A stretch of DNA of 64,000 nt from Dehalococcoidia bacterium (GCA_965262385.1 CBDHFB010000016.1:3510032-3574031), one strand, 5' to 3'; shown: positions 42,401 to 46,791, counted from the first letter of the stretch. The notes: a model not told the origin generated them from the sequence alone. Numbers and translations are program-made.

Positions 42401-44197
42401 GTGAGCGTGTCAGCCCCCACGGTGACGGTGACCGAGGGCGGCAGCGGAACCTACACGGTGAAGCTGAACCTTCAGCCCACCTCCGACGTGGTGATCAACG
42501 TCACCAAAAGCGGCAGCAGCGACGTGACGGTGTCTCCGGCGCGGCTGACCTTCACGACGGCCAACTGGAGCACGGCGCAGACGGTGACGGTGGCTGCCGC
42601 CCAGGACGCCGACGCGGTGGACGACGCGGCGTCCATCACCCACGCGGTGGTGGCCTCCCGGAGCGCCGACGAGTTCGACGCCGTGAACATCGCCGGGGTG
42701 GCGGTGGCCGTGACCGACGACGAGACCGCCGGGGTGAGCGTGTCCGAAACCGCGCTGACGGTGGCCGAGGGCGGCAGCGCAACCTACACCGTGGTGCTGA
42801 ACCTTCAGCCCACCTCCGACGTGGTAATCAACGTCACCAAAAGCGGCAGCAGCGACGTGACGGTGTCTCCGGCGCGGCTGACCTTCACGACGGCCAACTG
42901 GAGCACGGCGCAGACGGTGACGGTGGCTGCCGCCCAGGACGCCGACGCGGTGAACGACGCGGCCTCCATCGCCCACGCCGTCGACGCCGCCCGCAGCGCC
43001 AACGAGTACGACAACGTGAGCATCGCCGGGGTGGCCGTGACCGTCACCGACGACGAGACCGCCGGGGTGACGGTGTCCGCGGCCACGCTGACGGTTGCCG
43101 AGGGCGGCAGCGCAACCTACACGGTGGTGCTGAACCTTCAACCCACCTCCGACGTGGTGATCAACGTCACCCGCAGCGGCAGCTCCGACGTGACGGCGTC
43201 TCCGGCCACCCTGACCTTCACTCCGGGCAACTGGAACACGGCGCAGACGGTAAGGGTGCGGGCGGCCCAGGACGCCGACGCGGCGAACGACGCGGCCGCC
43301 ATCGCCCACGCGGTGGTGGCCGCCCAGAGCGCCAACGAGTATGACGGCGTTACCGTCGCCGGCGTGACGGTAACCGTCACTGACGACGACACGCCGCCGC
43401 CCACCGGAGGCGGGAGTCCGCCCACTGGAGGTGGGGGTCCGCCCGACCGGAGTCCGACGTTCGCCTCGCGGACGGTAGACGACCAGGTCTACACAGTAGG
43501 CGAAGACGTAGGGACGGTGAGCCTGCCCCCCGCTCTTGGGGGCGACGGCAGGCTGCAATACAGCTTGTCGCCAGACCTGCCCGAGGGGCTGCGCTTCAAC
43601 TCGGACCGCACCATCACCGGCACGCCCGGGGCGACGTTCACCAGGACGCGGTTCACCTATACCGCGACCGATTCCGACGGTGACCGTGTTCACCTGCGCT
43701 TCTATATCACCGTGAGCGAGAGGCCGGGGGTGAGCGTGTCAGCCCCCACGGTGACGGTGACCGAGGGCGGCAGCGGAACCTACACGGTGAAGCTGAACCT
43801 TCAGCCCACCTCCGACGTGGTGATCAACGTCACCCGCAGCGGCAGCGCCGACGTGACGGCGTCTCCGGCCACCCTGACCTTCACTCCGGGCAACTGGAGC
43901 ACGGCGCAGACGGTAAGGGTGGCCGCGGCGCAGGACGACGACGCGGTGAACGACACGGCCTCCATCGCCCACGCGGTGGTGGCCGCCCAGAGCGCCAACG
44001 AGTATGACGGCGTTACCGTCGCCGGCGTGACGGTAACCGTCACTGACGACGAAACCGCCGGGGTGACGGTGTCCCCCACAAACGTGACGGCGGACGAGGG
44101 CGGCAACATTCCCAGCGCATGGGTCTTGGCGCTGATAGGCGTGCTGCTCAACCTCGTGGCCATAGGCGTCGCCATAGGCATCCGGCGGCGGCACTAG
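24410..44197 (+). CDS. Giant secreted, C-terminally membrane-anchored repeat protein (6595 aa): cadherin-like domains + PQQ-sugar-dehydrogenase-type propeller + 48 tandem repeats + He_PIG-like modules
   Basis: Single uninterrupted 19,788-nt ORF. Signal-peptide-like MMFAKLHRRQRILSAICALLLAFLTLSSATAQA. Cadherin-like blocks (DADNDALTYTL...VTNVDEPG; EEPNGEAITYSL...VTNEDDAG). Propeller motifs (RLRFGPDGYLWIATGD, YGHRNPQGLA, GGNYGWDP). Repeat array. C-terminal hydrophobic helix plus RRRH. Confidence 0.9.
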   Translation: MMFAKLHRRQRILSAICALLLAFLTLSSATAQAANSQPAFPSSEDGARSVAENTTAGANIGAPVGATDADNDALTYTLGGDDAASFTIVPSTGQLQTLAALNFEGKNSYSVTVSASDRKDATGNADTAIDATIDVTISVTNVDEPGTVILSPAQPRVGEVLRARVSDPDGVVVGSGIWGWLKSRDGTPDWSTVQNSAPYPSSYEVQAADLNFYLQATVSYVDGHGLGKSAVGVSQRVAAKAAAPQIHVEQLVSGLSIPWGIAFAPDGTMLFTERARKLSVRLADGTVRNVTADLSDVMVASEIGFMAIVVDPGFATNRRFYTCQGHTGDKVQVIAWTMNAGYTEATRVADPLVDGIPGSSRNHSGKHSGCRLRFGPDGYLWIATGDATTGSAPQSLTNLGGKVLRVVASTGAGAPGNPFSAPNSPLIYTYGHRNPQGLALRPGSSGQMWSVEHGPAFDDEINLLTAGGNYGWDPAPGYNESTPMTDLEKFPSAIEAKWASGNKSLAASGGIFLEGAWWGPWDGRLAVASLKDKTLRVLEFSPSGDLLSEISVSKLKNVYGRLRTPMMGPDGALYVSTSEDNGEDKILLVTPQVAPRFPVNTDTTWDTPENADITTIVATVAAEEPNGEAITYSLGGTDAASFNIKDTAVGELRANAPLDYETKSSYQVDVIATDPNSLSSKVTLTITVTNEDDAGAITLSSQAPVVGIDLTASITDPDGGVSSIGWTWSKSSDQTTWTAIAGATSSTYRPVAADVGSYLRATAAYTDSQGSGKNAQQKTDAPVAAAQIGVSVSETALTVAEGASATYTVVLDGQPASDVVIEVTSNNSDVTLDTDAAASGNQTTLTFTRANWSTAQTVTVAAADDADAVNDTASIAHAVVAAESADEYDAATIAGVVVTVTDDDTAGVTVSESTLTLDEGASATYTVVLDAQPAAAVLIRIDNNNQDVKVDANATIPGLQPGMFFTPSNWNTPQTVMVSAAQDADAVDDKAQLSHAVDYRDRSGGPYSRVVAVGVAVTVTDDDTAGVTVSETTLTVTEGGSATYTVVLDAQPAADVLIRIDLNNLDVGVDADAGRAGAQVFMLFTPGNWNTPQTVKVSAAQDADAADDQAQLGHAVSYTTDRSGPYNSVLAAGVAVTVTDDETAGVTVSETTLTVVEGASNTYTVKLDPQPSSDVVISVTASGNTDVTVSPARLTFTSSNWSTAQTVTVSAAHDADAVNDTASIAHAVVAAESADEYDTATIAGVAVTVADDDAGVTNSESTLVVAEGGSATYTVALSTRPSADVAIIIADDNPDVTADTDAATSGNQDRLTFTPANWSTPQTVTVAAAHDADAVNDKAQLRYTVSSGNASGPYSGLAADGVAVTVTDDDDAGVTVSETTLTVAEGGSATYTVVLDAQPTSDVVINVTKSGSSDVTVSPATLTFTGDNWDTAQTVTVAAAHDADAADDAASITHAVAPAESADEYDTATIAGVAVTVDDDETAGVTVSRPRMRMDEGGSNTYTVALNAQPASDVVIAVTSNNSDVTVDTDAATSGSQNTLTFTPSNWSTAQTVTVAADQDADAANDKAAITHAVVAAQSADEYDSVTIARVRVTVVDDEIGTAGVRSSVSRLSVAEGGSATYTVVLDAQPEARVRVWIFLISDGNVSRTPSRLEFTPSNWSTAQTVTLSAAQDADTRISAAQISYFISCASRCRPYNNNTTYSNVVEVIVVDDEVVGVTLPETTLTVLEGGNRTYTVVLNRQPTSDVVINVTKSGSDDLTATPASLTFTTSNWSTPQTVTVRAAQDADAANDTASITHAVVASRSADEYDAVSIAGVAVTVTDDETAGVTVSETTLTVAEGGSGAYTVVLDVQPTSDVVINVTKSGSDDVTVSPATLTFTTANWSTAQTVTVAAAQDADAVNDAASIAHAVDASRSANEYDNMTIAGVAVTVTDDDTAGVSVSETTLTVDEGGRGSYTVRLNTQPTSNVVISVTKTGSTDVTVSPATLTFTTSNWSTAQTVTVAAAQDADAVNDAASITHAVVASRSADEFDAVNIAGVAVTVTDDETAGVTVSKSTLTVAEGGSGAYTVVLDALPTSDVVISVTRTGSSDVTLDTDTGTSGNQTTLTFTPANWDTAQTVTVAAAQDADAVNDAASITHAVVASRSADEFDAVTIAGVAVTVTDDETAGVTVSKSTLTVDEGGSGSYTVRLNLQPASDVVISVTRTGSPDVTVSPATLTFTRANWSTAQTVRVSAAQDADAVNDAASIAHAVVAASSANEYDAVTIGSVAVTVTDNDAGATVSETTLTITEGNSSTYTVVLDAQPASDVVITVSSDNSDVTVSPATLTFTPSNWSTAKTVTVAAAQDADAVNDTAAIAHAVDAARSANEFDAVTIAGVAVAVTVTDDDTAGVTVSVISVTAPEGDSGAYTVVLDVQPSSDVVISVTKSGSPDVTVSPATLTFTPSNWDTAQTVTVRAAQDADAVDDAASISHAVVAARSANEFDLVTVAGVTVTVDDDDTAGVTVYPTSYNTFEDTANAYTVKLDAQPSSDVVIRVTSTGSSDVTVDTDRRTPGNQDTLTFTPSNWSTAQRVWVVSAADDDAVNDVASISHAVVAAESADEYDSVMIVSFAVTVTDDETAGVTVSETTLTVAEGGSATYTVVLDAQPASDVVIGVTKTGSSDVTLDTDTGTSGNQTTLTFTPSNWDTAQTVTVAAAQDADAVDGAASIAHAVDAARSANEYDNVTIAGVAVTVTDDDTAGVTVSASSVTVAEGGSATYTVVLNLQPTSDVVINVTKRGSPDVTVSPARLTFTTANWSTAQTVTVAAAQDADAVDDAAAIAHAVDAARSANEYDNVTIAGVAVTVTDDDTAGVSVSETTLTVDEGGRGSYTVRLNTQPTSDVVIGVTRSGSPDVTVSPATLTFSSSNWATAQTVTVAAAQDADAVNDTAAITHAVDASRSANEFDAVTIAGVTVTVDDDETAGVTVSETTLTVAEGGSGAYTVVLDVQPTSDVVINVTKSGSSDVTVSPATLTFTTANWSTAKTVTVAAAQDADAVNDAASIAHAVDAARSANEYDNMTIAGVAVTVTDDDTAGVSVSETTLTVDEGGRGSYTVRLNTQPTSNVVISVTKTGSTDVTVSPATLTFTTSNWSTAKTVTVAAAQDADAVNDAASISHAVDASRSADEFDAVNIAGVAVAVTDDETAGVSVSETTLTVDEGGRGSYTVRLNTQPTSNVVISVTKTGSTDVTVSPATLTFTTSNWSTAKTVTVAAAQDADAVNDAASITHAVVAASSANEFDLVTVAGVAVTVTDDETAGVTVSETTLTVAEGGSATYTVVLDAQPTSDVVINVTKSGSSDVTVSPARLTFTTANWSTAKTVTVAAAQDADAVDDAAAISHAVDASRSANEFDAVNIAGVAVAVTDDDTAGVSVSETALEVAEGGSGSYTVRLNTQPTSDVVIGVTRSGSPDVTVSPATLTFSSSNWATAQTVTVAAAQDADAVNDAAAISHAVDASRSADEFDAVNIAGVAVAVTDDETAGVTVSETALEVAEGGSGSYTVRLNTQPTSNVVISVTKTGSTDVTLDTDTGTSGNQTTLTFTPANWDTAQTVTVAAAQDADAVDDAAAISHAVDASRSANEFDAVNIAGVAVAVTDDETAGVSVSETALEVAEGGSGSYTVRLNTQPTSNVVISVTKTGSTDVTLDTDTGTSGNQTTLTFTTANWSTAQTVTVAAAQDADAVNDAASIAHAVDAARSANEYDNVMIASFAVTVTDDDTAGVTVSETTLTVDEGGSGSYTVRLNTQPASDVVINVTRSGSADVTASPATLTFTPGNWNTAQTVRVAAAQDDDAVNDTASIAHAVDASRSANEYDAVSIAGVAVTVTDDDTAGVSVSETALTVAEGGSATYTVVLDAQPTSDVVIGVTKTGSTDVTVSPATLTFTTSNWSTAQTVTVAAAQDADAVDDAASITHAVVASRSADEFDAVNIAGVAVAVTDDETAGVSVSETALTVAEGGSGSYTVRLNTQPTSNVVISVTRTGSTDVTLDTDTGTSGNQTTLTFTTANWSTAQTVTVAAAQDADAVNDAASIAHAVDAARSANEYDNVMIASFAVTVTDDDTAGVTVSETTLTVDEGGSGSYTVRLNTQPASDVVINVTRSGSADVTASPATLTFTPGNWNTAQTVRVAAAQDDDAVNDTASIAHAVDASRSANEYDAVSIAGVAVTVTDDDTAGVSVSETALTVAEGGSATYTVVLDAQPTSDVVIGVTKTGSTDVTVSPATLTFTTSNWSTAQTVTVAAAQDADAVDDAAAISHAVDASRSANEYDAVTIAGVAVTVTDDDTAGVTVSASSLTVAEGGSATYTVVLNLQPTSDVVINVTKSGSSDLTATPASLTFTTSNWSTPQTVTVRAAQDADAVDDAASITHAVVASRSANEYDAVSIAGVAVTVTDDETAGVTVSETTLTVAEGGSGAYTVVLDAQPTSDVVINVTRSGSTDVTVSPATLTFTTSNWSTAQTVTVAAAQDADAVDDAASISHAVDASRSANEYDNVSIAGVAVTVTDDETAGVTVSETTLTVAEGGSATYTVVLDAQPTSDVVINVTRSGSTDVTVSPATLTFTTSNWSTAQTVTVAAAQDADAVDDAASITHAVVASRSADEFDAVNIAGVAVTVTDDETAGVSVSETALTVAEGGSGSYTVRLNTQPTSNVVISVTRTGSTDVTLDTDTGTSGNQTTLTFTTANWSTAQTVTVAAAQDADAVNDAASIAHAVDAARSANEYDNVMIASFAVTVTDDDTAGVTVSETTLTVDEGGSGSYTVRLNTQPASDVVINVTRSGSADVTASPATLTFTPGNWNTAQTVRVAAAQDDDAVNDTASIAHAVDASRSANEYDAVSIAGVAVTVTDDDTAGVSVSETALTVAEGGSATYTVVLDAQPTSDVVIGVTKTGSTDVTVSPATLTFTTSNWSTAQTVTVAAAQDADAVDDAAAISHAVDASRSANEYDAVTIAGVAVTVTDDDTAGVTVSASSLTVAEGGSATYTVVLNLQPTSDVVINVTKSGSSDLTATPASLTFTTSNWSTPQTVTVRAAQDADAVDDAASITHAVVASRSANEYDAVSIAGVAVTVTDDETAGVTVSETTLTVAEGGSGAYTVVLDAQPTSDVVINVTRSGSTDVTVSPATLTFTTSNWSTAQTVTVAAAQDADAVDDAASISHAVDASRSANEFDAVSIAGVAVTVTDDETAGVTVSETALTVAEGGSGSYTVRLNTQPTSNVVISVTRTGSTDVTLDTDTGTSGNQTTLTFTTANWSTAQTVTVAAAQDADAVDDAASIAHAVDAARSANEYDNVMIASFAVTVTDDETAGVTVSETTLTVAEGGSATYTVVLNLQPTSDVVINVTKSGSSDLTATPASLTFTTSNWSTPQTVTVRAAQDADAVDDAASITHAVVASRSANEYDAVSIAGVAVTVTDDETAGVTVSETTLTVAEGGSGAYTVVLDVQPTSDVVINVTKSGSTDVTVSPATLTFTTSNWSTAQTVTVAAAQDADAVDDAASISHAVDASRSANEYDNVSIAGVAVTVTDDETAGVTVSETTLTVAEGGSATYTVKLNLQPTSDVVINVTRSGSADVTASPATLTFTPGNWSTAQTVRVAAAQDDDAVNDTASIAHAVVAAQSANEYDGVTVAGVTVTVTDDDTPPPTGGGSPPTGGGGPPDRSPTFASRTVDDQVYTVGEDVGTVSLPPALGGDGRLQYSLSPDLPEGLRFNSDRTITGTPGATFTRTRFTYTATDSDGDRVHLRFYITVSERPGVSVSAPTVTVTEGGSGTYTVKLNLQPTSDVVINVTRSGSADVTASPATLTFTPGNWSTAQTVRVAAAQDDDAVNDTASIAHAVVAAQSANEYDGVTVAGVTVTVTDDDTPPPTGGGSPPTGGGGPPDRSPTFASRTVDDQVYTVGEDVGTVSLPPALGGDGRLQYSLSPDLPEGLRFNSDRTITGTPGATFTRTRFTYTATDSDGDRVHLRFYITVSERPGVSVSAPTVTVTEGGSGTYTVKLNLQPTSDVVINVTKSGSSDVTVSPARLTFTTANWSTAQTVTVAAAQDADAVDDAASITHAVVASRSADEFDAVNIAGVAVAVTDDETAGVSVSETALTVAEGGSATYTVVLNLQPTSDVVINVTKSGSSDVTVSPARLTFTTANWSTAQTVTVAAAQDADAVNDAASIAHAVDAARSANEYDNVSIAGVAVTVTDDETAGVTVSAATLTVAEGGSATYTVVLNLQPTSDVVINVTRSGSSDVTASPATLTFTPGNWNTAQTVRVRAAQDADAANDAAAIAHAVVAAQSANEYDGVTVAGVTVTVTDDDTPPPTGGGSPPTGGGGPPDRSPTFASRTVDDQVYTVGEDVGTVSLPPALGGDGRLQYSLSPDLPEGLRFNSDRTITGTPGATFTRTRFTYTATDSDGDRVHLRFYITVSERPGVSVSAPTVTVTEGGSGTYTVKLNLQPTSDVVINVTRSGSADVTASPATLTFTPGNWSTAQTVRVAAAQDDDAVNDTASIAHAVVAAQSANEYDGVTVAGVTVTVTDDETAGVTVSPTNVTADEGGNIPSAWVLALIGVLLNLVAIGVAIGIRRRH
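25138..26185 (+). other. PQQ-dependent sugar (glucose/sorbosone) dehydrogenase-type beta-propeller domain inside the giant ORF
   Basis: LVSGLSIPWGIAFAPDG, HSGCRLRFGPDGYLWIATGD, LIYTYGHRNPQGLALRP, MWSVEHGPAFDDEINLLTAGGNYGWDP. Confidence 0.7.
41402..41734 (+). other. Pro/Gly linker + He_PIG (putative Ig / dystroglycan-type cadherin-like) module 1
   Basis: PPPTGGGSPPTGGGGPPDRSPTF followed by ...YTVGEDVGTVSLPPALGGDGRLQYSLSPDLPEGLRFNSDRTITGTPGATFTRTRFTYTATDSDGDRVHLRFYITV. Confidence 0.6.
42065..42397 (+). other. He_PIG-like module 2
   Basis: Same peptide as module 1, offset by 663 bp. Confidence 0.6.
43394..43726 (+). other. He_PIG-like module 3
   Basis: Same peptide as module 1, offset by 1329 bp from module 2. 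Confidence 0.6.
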
Positions 44198-44534
44198 CGC
44201 TTAACGGCATGAGATTCTGCCTGGGTTCGTCATGGGGCGGAACCAGCGATTGAACTGGTCTCGGTCTGGAGGAGTTCCACGAGCCCATGACATACGCTCT
44301 CCGTGACAGCGATTGGTGTCTCCCTATTAGGAATTGGTCCACTGCCCACGAGCACCACCACCTTCCGTTGCTATTAGGTCGCATCCTTGAGCAGCGGATA
44401 TGGACAAGTCTGTGGACTCAAGGCAGACGGCCAGTGGTATGCCGGAAGAGACGACTTCAACCAAGCTTTCCCGCCAGAATGGGGCTCATTACCTGAGACC
44501 GCCTCCCAACGTTGCACAATATGCAATGCGGTGC

Positions 44535-44615
44535 CTATAGCGAAACCTCCCACCGGAAAGTTCGCAGTACGGTACACTCCGGCCCACCAACGAAGACTCG
44601 AACCAAGCCGTCACA
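44535..44615 (-). pseudogene. Isolated C-terminal remnant of a large serine recombinase gene
   Basis: The minus strand reads ...DGLVRVFVGGPECTVLRTFRWEVSL*. This aligns with ...NGRVMNSVRYGGPARTELRTFRWEVLI* of the recombinase at 13368-14964 plus 11649-11679. Confidence 0.5.
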
Positions 44616-44828
44616 TCTGTGGTAATCATTGTGGGAATAATACACTTATTGCTTCGTTACTGTAGCTGTATCAGAGTCCCCCCAGCGTCCACCACCGGCC
44701 ATTCCACATATGGCCCCAGATGTCTCAGACATCTCCCATTTCGTAGCTGAGGAGCCCAATTGTGCCCCGCAATTCCCCCACTATCCCACGTCAAGTGTGG
44801 TAACACTTCTTGACGCGGGAGGACCGAT

Positions 44829-45395
44829 GTGGCGCTATCGGCAACGCGGGTGAAGGCTCTCAGAGACCCAGGGCGATACTCCGACGGCGGTGGCCTGCAT
44901 CTCTTCATAAGCAAAGCAGGAACCAAATCCTGGGTTCAGCGCATCACAATCGACGGGCGCAGGCGGGATATCGGCCTGGGCGGATCTCCTACGGTGAGCC
45001 TTGCCCAGGCCCGCAGCAAGGCTGCCGACAATCGGACCGCCGTTGCCGAGGGCCGAGACCCTTTCGACGAAAAGCACGCCCCGGCGATGCCGACCTTCAG
45101 GGAAGCTGCCCACCATGTCCACGAGGCGAACAGGCCCCGTTGGCGCAGCGGTAAGCACGTCGCGAACTGGATGCAGACCCTGGAGCGCCACGCCATGCCG
45201 ACCCTGGGCAGCATGCCCCTGGACAGGATGGACAGGTCCGCCATGCTGCGAGTTCTGACCCCGATCTGGACCAACCGTTTCGAGCGTCGCCGTGCACTGA
45301 TGCAGCTGTGGGCGGACTACGTCACCGGCCTGCCTGTGGGTGTGCCGGAGCAGGAGAACCTCATCGAAGGCTCAGTTCAGCCGGTCGGCGTTTAG
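44829..45395 (+). pseudogene. P4-type tyrosine integrase with the catalytic domain deleted
   Basis: N-terminal DUF4102/arm-binding pattern LSATRVKALRDPGRYSDGGGLHLFISKAGTKSWVQRITIDGRRRDIGLG, then ...VLTPIWTN joined directly to ERRRALMQLWADYV. That last segment looks like the extreme C-terminus of this integrase family. Confidence 0.65.
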
Positions 45396-45592
45396 GCATC
45401 GCTGTTCGGCCCGGGTTCGCTGCTCGTCACCGGCCTGGAATCCATCCAAGCCTTGATGTCACTCGCTCTTTATCTGACGGCGCCGCGGCTGATTTTCACG
45501 GACCTTGGAAAGTTTCCGCTCTCCATCATCCTGTAGATCGACGAGCGGCCCAGTCCCACGATCATTTCGACCTCCCGTCGTCTCAATAGCAT
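45392..45592 (-). pseudogene. AlpA-family excisionase/regulator with an in-frame TAA
   Basis: MLLRRREVEMIVGLGRSSIYRMMESGNFPRSVKISRGAVR-TAA(45470-45472)-RASDIKAWMDSRP... The stop sits where the family has its conserved Trp. Confidence 0.55.
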
Positions 45593-45873
45593 GTCGGTCA
45601 TCGTCAACATCTCCTCATGTCCTGGGACGTAACGAAGTCCCTGCTAGAGAAAGGGTAGATGGGCGTGCAGGCAGAAAGTGGGTCATTAAGTACCGAGTTT
45701 TTCGAGTCCCAGCACCGGCAGTCGCCACGGACTGGAGACAGCCGACTCTGTCCAGGGGTCACGTTGGCTTCTTCAAGCCATGACGAGGGGGAGTCACACC
45801 GGTGAAATGGGGATGTATGAGACGTCTTCTCCTCTGGAGAGGAGGACGGGAAGGACCGTAGTCTTATGCCAGC

Positions 45874-46791
45874 TCAGGCCTCATTGGTGTAGACCAGCCC
45901 AGTGCGGTCGGAGACGGCGCCCAGATGCTTACGCAACATGGGCTCATAGGACTTTGCCGAGCCGCGCTCCTTCCAGATGCGCTCCACATGGTCCTCGGAA
46001 AGCCCCAGCACCTCCGCCACGACGCGACAGCCGGAGAGGTGGGTGCCCCTCGGCAACACTCCGACCTTGCGCAGGACCTCGATGGTGAACTCGATCTGAA
46101 CGTCACACGGGAGATTCAGTGGATTGACGGAGCGATTGGGAGGGAGGGGCTTCACGTCGGGACGCCGCCGGCGCCCGAATACAACATCCTCCAGCCATAA
46201 GAAGAGCGGTCTGGGTACGTCCACACCCCGGTCAAAGAGTTTCTCCACGATGATCCTAAGTGCGTCGTAGTACGCCCGACTGGATCCGGAGCGCTCAATG
46301 TAGTCCTGCAACTCGCAAGGGGAGCAACCCGGATTGGGAGCCAGCCACGAGGATGCAAGGAACTCCGAGACGACGGTGTACTCATACTCGAGGTCCAGCG
46401 AGCCTGTGTCCCCGACCTCGGCCAGCAGCGCCCTGGCCACGCGGAGACCCTCCGAATATAGGGGTTTGCGTGTGCTATCGACATTGTCACGCGCCGCCCC
46501 CCGCAGGGCGGAACGCCTAAACAGGTCGGTGAGAAGCCGACGCTCGGGAAAGTCCGGCCACCATTCCATCATCCCGGCCCTGATGGTGTTCACGATGGCC
46601 TCGTACTCGGCCTCCCTGTCCCCGACCACCAGGGCCCGGCGACAGCGTTCGTTCGCCTCGACGATGTCAGGTACGACAATCTCGGAGACATCGGGGCTGC
46701 GGGCGAGTTCCTCAATGACCTGCAAGCGCTTTTGTATGAGCCACCCGACGTTTTCAACGTGTTCTGCGAAATCTACAGGTACCGTTCTCAT
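45874..46791 (-). CDS. Hypothetical protein (305 aa)
   Basis: ggaaggagg SD upstream of ATG 46791. Balanced composition and no recognisable motifs. The C-terminus is HTH-like (SGCRVVAEVLGLSEDHVERIWKER). Confidence 0.65.
   Translation of the reverse strand: MRTVPVDFAEHVENVGWLIQKRLQVIEELARSPDVSEIVVPDIVEANERCRRALVVGDREAEYEAIVNTIRAGMMEWWPDFPERRLLTDLFRRSALRGAARDNVDSTRKPLYSEGLRVARALLAEVGDTGSLDLEYEYTVVSEFLASSWLAPNPGCSPCELQDYIERSGSSRAYYDALRIIVEKLFDRGVDVPRPLFLWLEDVVFGRRRRPDVKPLPPNRSVNPLNLPCDVQIEFTIEVLRKVGVLPRGTHLSGCRVVAEVLGLSEDHVERIWKERGSAKSYEPMLRKHLGAVSDRTGLVYTNEA

Larger units (their letters stand above)
26774..44059 (+). repeat. Coding tandem array: 48 units (manual count) of ~111 aa (333 bp; 13 units ~119 aa), interrupted by three 333-bp modules
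   Basis: Unit consensus GVTVSETTLTVAEGGSATYTVVLDAQPTSDVVINVTKSGSSDVTVSPATLTFTTSNWSTAQTVTVAAAQDADAVDDAASI(T/A)HAV...(S/A)(A/S)(D/N)E(Y/F)D.V.IAGVAVTVTDD(D/E)TA. The unit count is consistent with the ORF length. Confidence 0.9.

Noticed and set aside
25850-43693. Very long ORFs on the minus strand and in other plus-strand frames across the giant gene (e.g. 34241-41701, 2486 aa; 25850-29143; 29348-31825; 31862-34204; 32125-34671 on the plus strand)
   Set aside because: They mirror the 333-bp periodicity of the sense repeats. They are dominated by G/R/H/V/D runs and lack start context. Such ORFs are expected in GC-rich repetitive DNA. The sense frame has recognisable domains, a signal peptide and an anchor.
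26774-44059. Regular 333-bp periodicity that could be mistaken for a repeat-spacer array
   Set aside because: The units are contiguous, in frame and homologous along their whole length, so they are coding tandem repeats. There is no short-repeat/unique-spacer structure, so this is not a CRISPR array.
44380-44500. SGYGQVCGLKADGQWYAGRDDFNQAFPPEWGSL looks like one blade of an RCC1-type repeat
   Set aside because: Only a single degenerate blade is present, stops lie on both sides, and I have no statistical support. I left it unannotated.
44549-44577. gaaagttcgcagtacggtac resembles the 3' half of group II intron domain V (gaaagtcgcacgtacggttc)
   Set aside because: The 5' strand does not pair properly, and a 16-nt loop replaces the GNRA tetraloop. 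No reverse-transcriptase ORF is present. The string is fully explained as the antisense of the recombinase C-terminal codons (…TVLRTFRWEV…).
44590-44615. ggttcgag (minus strand) near integrase copy 1, and ctcgaacc at about 50725-50745, as possible tRNA T-arms
   Set aside because: The flanking bases do not form T-stems or acceptor stems, and I could not build a cloverleaf by hand. A tRNAscan run would settle this.
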